Program-made: the position numbers and the translations under genes
Assembly (NCBI GenBank): GCA_030141605.1
Contig: JAQGDQ010000123.1
Location: 1 to 64,000 of the forward strand
Length of the DNA stretch: 64,000 nucleotides
Direction: 5' to 3'
Source of the DNA: Tubiluchus corallicola
Lineage: Eukaryota > Animalia > Priapulida
Shown here: one piece after another, positions 25,601 through 37,600 of the stretch
Layout: each line of letters starts with the position of its first letter
Position numbering within the stretch: the stretch's first letter is position 1
Notes under the pieces: model-generated
What the model saw: the letters and a program-made list of their open reading frames with translations, nothing else
Told to the model about the DNA's origin: nothing
Databases searched by the model: none

Positions 25601-28600
25601 ATTGGATTTTGAATATGTTACATAATGAAAGACACTGTGCAATGGGATTTTGAATATGTTACATAATGAAAGACCCTGGGTACACTTAAAATGAGATTAT
25701 ACGCGCGACATATTAGTTTCGGTAAATCTCTATACGCCCATGGGCCCTAGGTCATTAGATCATTATCCTAATATGCTGATTGGTAAAAGCGGCCCTGTTT
25801 TCCTAAGTGCAGTGTTCCTTATGTCGTATTTAAAATGTATTTTTATATTATACAAACTGGAAATTGAGCAGCAAAAGTAACAGCAGTAACCTATTTCCCG
25901 CATTGTTTCAACATAGAAACTACGGCAAGTTAAAGAACGGCACTCCATATTAAACTGTTAAACCTAATTTACAAGGTGATTGTTAAATATATGGTGTATA
26001 ACCTTTTGGGGACCCCATACTAAAGAAATTATGTGTCCAGTCAGATGGAGCGACCCTCTAACTCGCCCGCACCTGTCTTGAATATCTTTTTACTTGTGAT
26101 AAATTTTACCAACAGTTACATGGCTCGAAGTAATTTCAGCAACAGTTACATGGTTCGAAGTAATTTTAGCAACAGTTACATGGTTCGAAGTAATTTTAGC
26201 AACAGTTACATGGCTCGAAGTAATTTTAGCAACAGTTACGTGGCTCGAAGTAATTTTAGCAACAGTTACATGGCTCGAAGTAATTTTAGTAACAGTTACA
26301 TGGCTCGAAGTAATTTTAGCAACAGTTACGTGGCTCGAAGTAAATTCTTTAAGTAAATCAGAATAGACACCTTTTGTTTGTCAGTAAAAACATTCTTTAA
26401 GAAACAACATTATTTTACTAATTACTGCAAACCAAATGAGCACATATTTCAGCACAACCATAGTGAAAAAACAGATTTTTTACCAAATGTAAACAAAGCT
26501 TTCAGGGCAATTTAGGCTGAAGCCTACGCTATGCTGATATCATACGGTTGTTTTCATACTTTTGCTTACTTGTTATCACAGAGATATGACATTCTAGTGG
26601 AAATCATATACGTATCCTGTATCACGTCTCTCAATAGCTCTATACACAAAGTACTCAGCTCCATGCTGTCCATAATATGCAGGTTATTAATATGCTGATG
26701 GAGCAAGTCTATGATGAAATCTATCAGCTCTCGTGACTGAAACAACATAATACTACACTAGTAATGACTAACTGATCAATACTGAAGCTGCTACGCAAAA
26801 ATTAATTAACTAAATAAGATTTGTTGTACATAGAATTCTACAAATTACAAGCTAGCACAGGAAGCAAATTTACTAAGTAGCGTACATCGTAACTAATTAC
26901 TAATTCCAGCAGTAACTAATTACTAATTACTGCAGGTTTACCATTGGCAAAGTGAATATTTGCCAAACAGTAACAGTACAGCTGTGTACCATTAATGTGT
27001 GCACAGTATAATACAATCAGCAAATTTGCTTTGCTGAAAATCAAATTATCCTGCTATAAAACGGCTATCAAAACTAACTCACTAATAAATAAAGAATCAT
27101 ATTTTTCACTAATTTCTGCATACGGTAGCACTTATTATAGACTGCATGTTTAAAGGAAAGGCCAACTGTTCTGGAAGTTAGGATTATTCCAAAATTTAGG
27201 AAAAATGTTAGAGGGATTTAGTAATTAAAGTATGATAAGCTCTGCATGTAAAATCACTTTAAAGTCTCGATCGTTTCACACTTGAGCGCTCCCATTTTGA
27301 ATGCCCATTCCTCTACGAATGATGATGTTCATAGACTGAACAAAAACAGAACAACTTTAATTTCTGTCAGAAGTATAGTAAGTCTTTACAAAAAATTAGA
27401 CAGCCAATTTGAGATATTTTTGCATGAACATTAGGTAAGCTGCAAAAGTTTGAACTAGTTTAGCAAAGCTGATGAAAAGCCACAATCCGCTCACGAAATC
27501 CTGTAGTTACATCATAATTTCAAATAAATAGCGGCTACCGCCGCGCCTCGAAATTTCTATACAGCGGTAGTATAAATTAACTTTATGCTTTATGGACAAT
27601 TTTCTTGAAAAATTCCTTGTTATATTTTTCTAAGTTTAAGTGATAACAGTAAAATAAATCTAACATGCTAAGTGGTTTGTCCTCTCCAATAACTGAATAG
27701 TAATAGTAATAGTAATAGTAATAGTAATAGTAATAGTAATAGTAATAGTAATAGTAATAGTAATAGTAATAGTAATAGTAATAGTAATAGTAATAGTAAT
27801 AGTAATAGTAATAGTAATAGTAATAGTAATAGTAATAGTAATAGTAATAGTAATAGTAATAGTAATAGTAATAGTAATAGTAATAGTAATAGTAATAGTA
27901 ATAGTAATAGTAATAGTAATAGTAATAGTAATAGTAATAGTAACAGTAACAGTAACAGTAACAGTAATAGCAATAGCAATAGTAATAGTAAGTAATAGTA
28001 ATAGTAAAAGTAAAAGTAAAAGTAAAAGTAAAAGTAAAAGTAAAAGTAAAAGTAAAAGTAAAAGTAAAAGTAAAAGTAAAAGTAAAAGTAAAAGTAAAAG
28101 TAAAAGTAAAAGTAAAAGTAAAAGTAAAAGTAAAAGTAAAAGTAAAAGTAAAAGTAAAAGTGGTGGTGATGGTGATGGTGATGGTGATAGTGACAGTGAC
28201 AGTGAGTAACAGTAACAGTAATAGTAATAGAATAGTAAATTTATTTAGCTTCATAAACTGAATATAGTAAGGTGCTGTTGCACATGATACAGATAAATAT
28301 GAGCAGAGGTGACGAAAGATCATACAGTCAACCAGTCAGTCACTTCTAATTAGATGTTAGTAACATTAACATTGTGCTAGTGTCAATTAATCAAAGTCAT
28401 AAATACATTAACTCATAAAAATCAAAAGGCATAGATGTCTCTATACATGTCTAGATACATAACCTATAATAACAACAGCAGCAAAAGTAATACAATAACA
28501 GTGCAACCGCAGTACAAAATTAATAATTTAACAAAATTTTACTTGAATGAGTCAGTGGAGCAGGCATACAGTATGTTCTGATAACTACTAGCTTCTAGAT

Positions 28601-31600
28601 TCAGTCATAGTTAAACACTGTGACACTCTGCAAACCAGAGCCAGCCCTCAATGTAGACCTCAATGTAGAGCCAGCCCAAGACCCAGCTTATTATACAGCA
28701 TGATCCTCTAAGACAAAGCACTAAATCTTAGCCAGATTCAAGTGCATATACACAAGGCTATGAGACACTTCTTACAATTCAAGTTCTATGGTAAGCACTT
28801 TAAAGGATTATCCTTAATCCTTTGTCAATAATAAAGTACCAGTCCTGCCTCAACCACAAATCCACTAATGAATTCCTAGTATTTGACGAAAACAAAAAAT
28901 CGACCTACAACCTAATTTTGAAGCTTAGTATTTATACTTAATTTAATTACAAAGTTTAGTGATTAATGCATTAAGTTTAGTACTTAATTTTGAAACTAAA
29001 AGTAAGAGTTTCACAAAACAAGACTACACGTGTCACTCAGACACTTGAACAGATTAAATGTTAGCCATTTCTCACAGTTTTATGGTTACTAAATCACGAG
29101 AACTGTGGTAGTCCGTCTAATTCTCTGAAATCTGTCAATTTATTGCACCAACCAACATGCAGACCAACAAAAAGAAACATGTGGTGTACGTGATATACGC
29201 ACCATCATTACAAAACATGACAGTTTAGAAACATTGGGTGCATTTAACAGTTCAAAAGACAAGCTTTAGCAATCAATTAGCATATTCCATAGCGATAACC
29301 ATAATCCCCACTTCCACGACCTTTAATGGAAGTGGATAACAACGGCACCAAAATCTATCAGCATAACTAATTAAGGTCACTAACTAATGAACGGTTAGTG
29401 CCATCTGTTAACAGAAAATGTAATCGTTATCACATACCACTGTTTTAAATAAAGCTTATAGAAAGTTACCCATAGAAATGACTGTATGAGCTGCCCTAAC
29501 AGGGAAGCTATACACTTACGTACAAACACTTCTGACCTAATGCTTTTTCATTTAGTTTAATTTTCGAGTAAAACAAACAGAGTTTAAGCAGTAAAAAAAC
29601 TTCCATTAGCTGTCATACAGTCAGACTACAAAGAATCAGACAGACTCTGTATAACTTTCAATGATTCAGCAGCCATCAATGCTAGCTGGAAACTAATTGA
29701 TACAATGAAAGCAGTCACGCAAGCCTCTTGGCGTACTCAGCACTATAAATGGAAGCCATTAACAATTATCAAAGAGAGACACGCACAATGTGACAAACAA
29801 CATCCGTCGAGTTGTGCAGTGTCAGGTGAAAAGCTTTTAATCTGTAATTAAATTTTCCCTGAGAACTGCTGCAAGCTAATACAGCTGCTTCATAACGTCA
29901 CCCCTTTTAGTGATTCCACCCTTAATAAATGGCTTCATTTGGAATTTCTGTATGCTAGGAAACACCTGATGATTTTAATTAAGCCAGGAATAAGCAAAGA
30001 GAGCAAATCTAAACGAGACACTACAGCAAAACTTACCCGGTGATGCCAGTTGGATTAATATGAATACATAAATTATTTTTAATTACTTACAAATAAAAAA
30101 CAACAGTTCAAGAGGTTGCACCAACAGTCTCGTCATAATTCATTTAATTTGGAAGTTGCTTCTTCATTTCAAAACGAGCTTACGAAGCGCTCTAATAGCT
30201 AAGAAAGAAAATGGCACACATGAGGCAGGAAAACGTACTACCTACATGCTGTTCGAGAATGGCAGGAATATTCCCGTGGAAGAGTACAGGCAGGCAAAAA
30301 TGAATGTGTCAAGTTAAAGCAGACAGACTCAAGACGTATGATATACTATTTATGTGAAATAAATAAATTGAAATTGAAATTGAACAATGATCGTTTTTCA
30401 CTTTTGATGTCAATGAGCAGTTTTAATAGCATTATGGTAATTGATAGATGACAAAACTGAATTTGCACGCAGTAACACGTTGAAAATCAGGAAAATGAAC
30501 TTATCTTACAACTTATATAGGAATACCTTGTTTATATTAAAGGAAAGGATAAGTCATTTAGCACTGCTGGGTCTACTTTACTGTCACTTACCTCTGTTAG
30601 AAAGACATAGCAACAGAATTTGCTCAAAAACTGTTCATAAAGCATAAATTTAATTTATACTACTGCTGTGTAGAAATTTTCAGGTGCAGTGGTAGCTGCC
30701 ATTCACTTGAAAGTTATGACGTAACTGGTGGACTTGGTGACTTTTCGCTAGTGCACCATGGCTTTCCGTAACCTGCTTAAATTCAAACTTCTGCAGCTTA
30801 CTTGTAAAAATATCACAAAATTAACTATCTAATTTTTTTGTAAAACTTATTATACTTTTGACGGAAATTGACAGTGAGCTACTTTTCTTCAGTCGATGAA
30901 TGACGTCATTAGTGGAAGAATAAGCGTTCAAAATGGAAGCACCCAAGAGTGAAATAATCTCGAGTCCAAAATGAGTTTATTAAATGTACTTATCACACTT
31001 TTATTGCCAAATCCTTCTAACATAATAATTATTATCAATTATAGCACCAGCACTAGTATATCGAGTATTTAAATAAAAATCTTCGTCGTCAATAATATTG
31101 TTAAAAGGAAATATGTCACCTAAACACATATGACAAAACCAAGGCTGAGGATCATTCGACAGATTTTCATAATCAGTAAGTATTAAAGGGCAGCATTTTA
31201 GGTGAAGCCACGGCTGACAACAGTCACAGTAAATACCGCGCTGATTACACTTTACCTGTCTAGAACAATGTGAACATGGATGCTGAATGACTGAGAAAAA
31301 CAGAGAAGAAAAGAAAAAGTAAAAGACAAAAAATAGAGTAAAAAAAAGTAAAAAAGACAGAAGAGCTTTGCAACAAGGACGAGATGAAAAAGCGACAGAC
31401 TGCACATACGCATACAGGCCATACCGAAATGATGGACAAAATTAGATATTTAACTTGTTGACAAATTACGCAGTAGCTAGTAACAAACACATTCCATTGT
31501 TGAATTTTAATAAAATATAAGCCAAAGCCCAGTAATCCATCGCGCAACACCATGGACGACTGCCCAATATGCGTAAATTAGTAAAGTTTTATTTACTAAT

Positions 31601-34600
31601 CAATGTTTTTCTAATGTACTTTATTACTTACGACAAAGGGACAAACAAATTTATTGAAATGAATTGAATTGAATTAATAGGGAAATTCCTGCCTACTCTG
31701 ACATTTAATGCTTTGTATTTGAACTTACCCTCCAGAACTGTTTCTTAACAAGGAAGTTTCGTTCTGCAGCAACTTTCAATTCAGATAGCAGATTAAACTG
31801 CTGTTCTAGAGTGTTGTCGGGATGTAGAATGTCCATGCTTATCTGAGAAAACTGCTTTGCCAAATGCTCACTGTCAAAAAAGCATTGTGATGTTTCCACT
31901 AACAGATTAGCCAGGACAACACACTATTCATTTAATCAGAAATACAATTAAACAAATGATAATTATTATGATATTGAAAGTAAATACAGATGAACAGCCA
32001 ACTTATGTTTAATGTTACTGCACTAAGCATGTAAGTCATAGGATTAGGCTAGAAAAACCATATCCAAAAAACATGGGCCTAGGCATGTAAAAAACTGTTA
32101 TCCATCTAAGGTCATACTGAATCTTACCTGTTTGCAATATTATGTTGAATTGCGGTCGAACTGTCAGCCATTGCCAGTGTAGATCTCTGAAAGAAAAATG
32201 AACAAAACAAAACATTAAATCTCAACTACATTAAACTAAATAATCAGTACAAGAACAAACAGCAAAATCTGTCATGAAAATTTCAAGCTTTGAAGTTTTT
32301 ACAGCTACAACGTTGACGACTAAGTAAAAATATATGTATAAACTGGCTGCAAGTCAACACAAATAACAGTGATAAGAGCAACTTACTCAAAAACTCAGTA
32401 AAATTTGCAAATAACAGGATGACAGCATGAAAATGTTATTTCAAACTTCTTGTCAAATACGCAACGTGTCAGGTGGCACAAAAATATGCAAAAGTTTTGA
32501 TCACAATATTACAAGAAGAAAATAACAGAATCAATTTAAAATTGTCATACTGGTGTTACAGATACTTACATATAAACAGCAAAAATTTTAACTCATTCCT
32601 TTAAATTCTTTTAAAGATACAGAAGGTTTAAATCAACATTACAAAAAATAAATGCCGGAAAAACTTTGTATGTCACTATTGCTAAAATCTACAGCAAGTG
32701 CTCTACGTGTCCAGCGTTTTCACTGCAAGCTAGAGAAAAGTGTTTTCTACAACACCAGACAGTTTTTTTACTTCTTTAAGATGCATTTGGTCTCAGCACT
32801 TAACAGTTTTTGTCTTAAGTTCCTGTGCATTAGTGGCACAGGATCGTAACTATAATTAGTGTTGCTTCCGAAAATTTTTAGCCATTGTTTTAATACTGTG
32901 TAAAACGAAGCAAACATGTAATTTTAATATTTTAATTTTTTTTTACTAACAGCCTAAATTGCCGCTGTTCAAATTTGATCCGTTGACGGTATAAGCACGT
33001 GACATCTGACAACAAACTGTGTGAGCAACAGTACTTTTTCTATCTGGGCCCAGACATGTGCACATGATCGCATGCGCACAACAGCCAAACACCCCATTGC
33101 TGGAGCGCACTGTGCTGGACTGTGAAGCAAACAGTACTACCCTCACATGCTCTGGTTCTGTACAAGTATAAAGAAAGAACTAAACAAAAGACTTATTATA
33201 TTAAATATTATCGATAATATTGAGGGAAAATAGGGTGTAATGCAGAACGTTTCACAGTACCTGTACACGAGCCGCCACTGCTCTGCATGGAACAGCTCTG
33301 TGCTGGTATTGTACACTTTCTCTTTAAGGATATTCCAGATATCGTAATCCACAGGATCAAGTTCCATTTTTTCATGACAACAAATACATGCTGACAACAT
33401 ACGTCATGATATCATGCAAAAGGAATTCCACTTACTATGTTACAACTGTTCCAAGTACTCCGGAGAATTATAAGGAAAGGTGAAGATTTGTCTAATATGT
33501 ACAAATGTAGTTCAGCCAGCCTCGTCTGCTGCTGATTACCGTCATCATTGAGAAAACCTGTTTCAGATTGGACGGACGAAGAACGAGACCTACAGAAAAC
33601 AAATTGCTTATTATAAAAACCAGAATTTTAAATAACTGATTTAGAATGTTTCCTTGTATCATTCTCATACACAATCTCGTGTTACAGTTCCTAATTAGAA
33701 AACAGCGCTGCACTTATCCAGCTTTTTCCCCAGAGCTGCTACTCCATGGAATCCAGGCTGCTACCTAGACGTACTTAGTTATTTCCCATCAAATTGTTTT
33801 TTCCAAGCTTATTAGTCGCTATCATTAGTGGCCCGCACGTCATTAAAAATGTTTTTTCAGGTTTATTATGTATTACGATTACCAATCATACATTGAGTTA
33901 ATGATCAGTTTAGTCTCAATAGTTCGTATAATGTGTAACGATTATGATACAGTTACACTGCCTAATCAGTATTGTATTTTTACGCTGCCAAGTCTGGACC
34001 CAATTACTAGATGAAACATTAATTAGGCCGTAATTAGGCCATTAATTACACCAGCTCAGTAAGCGTAATTGGAGATAAAACTACCCTAACTCAACCTCAG
34101 CTGTCATAGCCATGTAAAAATAGATCATACCAGCCCAGCATCCAAATCAATAAGCTACTTATTACTGAAGCACGTAACAAAACAGGTTAATCTATGATGA
34201 TTAAAGCACAAGAAAACCCTTCATAAACATAAAGCTTGAAAAATTGATAAAGTATTTGAATTATTCAGCAGTGCAAAACATTATAATATTATACTAATTT
34301 TTAAAAAATAATAATATTTGAAAATCTTTTAGTGTAACCCTTCAAACTTGATGGGCCCTAGGCTGCAGCCTGTAGGATACACTAAAATATACAGCCTTGG
34401 TCACACGTGGTATTAGAGACAGGCGAGACAAAGATGACTTTCCATCAATATGTGATAGGCCCATCTACCGCATCTATTAATTATTTCATTTCTGACTTTA
34501 AATGTTTGAAAAGATCCCGTAACAGTGAACAGATTCCCTCCTGCAAGTCATCTGAATGAACGCGTAACGCCTTAAACTTGGCCAATACTTTTATCAAAAA

Positions 34601-37600
34601 GACTAACACAGCTGCGAATAAAACTAAATACCATAAAATACACAAAAATTAGCAAACTGCACAAACAAAGCACATAGAGAATTCAGTAGAACGAAACCCG
34701 CTATTTGAGTACATATATGTGATGCACATAGGAAGCAAATAAACAATGAAATCAATAACAGTCTTTGGAAATACAAGATAAGGGTGTGTAGGGCTGAGGG
34801 CCCTATCTTATGAAGAACCAAGGGCTTCAGCCACAGCTCAGGAGGCATCACTAAACGACGAATAAAAGATGGTTACTTATAGTACCATACCCTCAGAATG
34901 CAACAAAGATAGCCAACAAAATAGCTTTCATATGACGTCAAAACTTGCCTTTAAATCAAGGTTATGATCTGTAACTCAATATAATATACATTGATAATTG
35001 CTTCTGGTATTGCTTCTGTACTCTGATGGCTTTGTATCTAATGAATTACACGTATTTTTAACTAACTATCATATTACAGTATTATCTTGAACTAACCAGC
35101 TCTATATATCTATTCTCAACTGAAATGTATTTGTTGCAGACAGTTGAAATACTCCGATCAGTAATATAACTGTATGTTAACCCACTTAAAATAAATAAAA
35201 TTTATATATTATAATCTCTCCATTCACCACAAGAAAGCATTTTGGGGGATTTTAGGCTTGAAAGTTTCCTTCTCAGACTTCTCTTGTCATTCTTCTTTGC
35301 TAATGTATGCAATGTTTTGTACCACACAAAAGTGTTTACAACAATGATTCTGCCATCTACAAACTTTTTTATTAACTAAGAGAATTTAACAGCATCAGCC
35401 GTGAGCCTAAAGAATCCTGTGACTCTTGACTTTGACTTAATAACGGTTACCTTACACGTACCACACAAAAGTGTTTACAGCAATGATGCTGCCATCTGCA
35501 AACTTTCTTATTAACTAAGGGAATTTAACAGCACCAGCCGTAAGCCTAAAAAATCCCGTGACTCCTTTGACTTTGACCTAACGAAGGTTACCTTACATGT
35601 ACCACACAAAAGTGTTTACGACATTGATGCTGCCATCTACAAACTTTTTTATTAACTAAGGAAATTTAACAGCACCGGACATGACCTGAAAAATCCCGTG
35701 ACTTCTTTGACTTTGACTTAACAAAGGTCACCACTCAACAAGCACGAGTAAAAGAACTGTGATAAATTTGTTCGCGCATTCCGTGAAAAGGTCTTCGTAA
35801 TGACAGCAAACATAAACACATGCCTCCATTGCTACCCCTTACAAATAAAACCCTTTCAATGGTCAGCCATCATCAATGCCTTTAGTGCAGATATATAAAT
35901 CTTTTCAAGAAATATAAGATCTATAATAAAAGAGCCCATGACGCACGCGGGTATGGAATATCAGCTTATGCAACTTATCGTCTTGTCCTCAAAAGGAAGC
36001 CTGCGTTCACCTGTATATGGCATACGCTAATCAATACCTGTACATAGCAAAACACGGGAAGCCCACCTGACATGAGTAGGTTCTAATTATCACGAAGTCA
36101 TGCAGGTGATATGACAAAGCAAATGTCACGAGAGCATCAGACAATAACAACGTTGCACAAATTGATAGCAAAATAGTAGTTTAGGTTTCTCCTTTTGTTA
36201 ATTGTAAAATGTGCACACTTTTGGCTGCAGCTTTCATACAATGACAGAGGTAATGTTCTTACACAGTGTTTGTAAATTAAAAGATCGAGCCTTCCGGGAA
36301 GCTAGACCTATTTCAATGTTCGCAAAAAACGTCAGAAGGATTTAGTAATAAAAGTGTGATAAGCGTCTCGTGTAACTAGTAAAATCACTCCAAAGTTGCG
36401 ATCATTTCATGCTTAAGTGCTTGCATTTTGAATGCCCATTCTTCCTCCAATGACGTGAGCTCCAACAATTCCTTGCTAAAATGTTAATTCCTATTCATAG
36501 CTTATGTAAACTTGACCAGAAGCCAGCAGTAATAAAATTACAGTGAGTATTGCAAGACAAAGACTTTACTATGAACTTTCACCTCTATTTCTGAGGCAGA
36601 AAGTGAAAACTGTATCTGGTTCATTGACATTAGCATCAACAACTGAGTTTTAAGACCAAAATATAGCGCGACCGTGAACTGCAGCCTTTTATAACTATGA
36701 CCACAAACAGAGATGACCACAGTGGCTAACTTGACCAAACTGAAATAAATTGGTTGACTACATTACACTTGGTTACATTAGCAGACAGTCTGTTGTCTCA
36801 AGTTGAGCATGACCGCTGACAAACGATGCAATGACGTTGACCTTTGACCTCTTATCTTTGTACTCATTATATGCAGGCACATTGAAATAGATAATTAGGC
36901 ACATTGAAATGGATAATTAAACAAAGTGTGGTGACAGGTATGACCCTCACAGTCATTAGTAATTATGCAACATCTATCACCCAGCTCTCTGACATTTTGT
37001 CTGCTAATAGTGTCCTAAAAAACGACCTCAAAATCGTGTAAAGAGTAACTAATGACTAACAAAAAACTGATGTGAAACCTCTTGGAGGAAATGTAATAAC
37101 ACATCATAAAAAGCTAATTATTTCCCCGAAACTTAGAAAGAGTGTGGTAACTAGGCATTAAATCTATAAATCCAGCAGAATATGTAATCAGCGTTTATGC
37201 TAGGCACATATCTTGGCTCACAACTTCTCAGTAAAAGGTTTGTACACAGCTGGACAGTACTATTTTACTGGCTTAAAGGAAGACGGGGTGATTTTTCATA
37301 TACTACTCTATTTTCAAATTTGATAAAAAGTATACATTTTAAGACAATTAAACCTGCAAATGTGCTTCTGATAATTAAATTATAGATTGTTTCGACCTAC
37401 AGTTTAAGATTGGGACCGGTTTCACTTTAATGGTATTGGAGTTTTGCAGCATTTTTTACAAATTTTGTACAAAATTAAAGCTGCTTAATGCATCTAAAAA
37501 TACATGATCTCTAAACTATACTTCAAATAGTTACAATAAACAGTCAGGAGTAAAGACTTCAGTATGAAACCACCACTTAAATTACTGGTAACAATTTCTT

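Noticed and set aside
24936-26345. 41-bp and 30-bp arrays as CRISPR or coding repeats (ORF 26033..26356, SNSYMARSNF repeats)
   Set aside because: No spacers; intronic and antisense to C12orf56; the frame is open only because the unit length is a multiple of 3.
27470-27510. CTGATGA...GAAA hammerhead-like motif
   Set aside because: No stem II pairing, and the motif is not retained in the homologous family B copy near 30720-30780.
27583-28323. 246-aa and 103-aa ORFs (poly-Y, poly-L, FT repeats)
   Set aside because: Translations of microsatellites.
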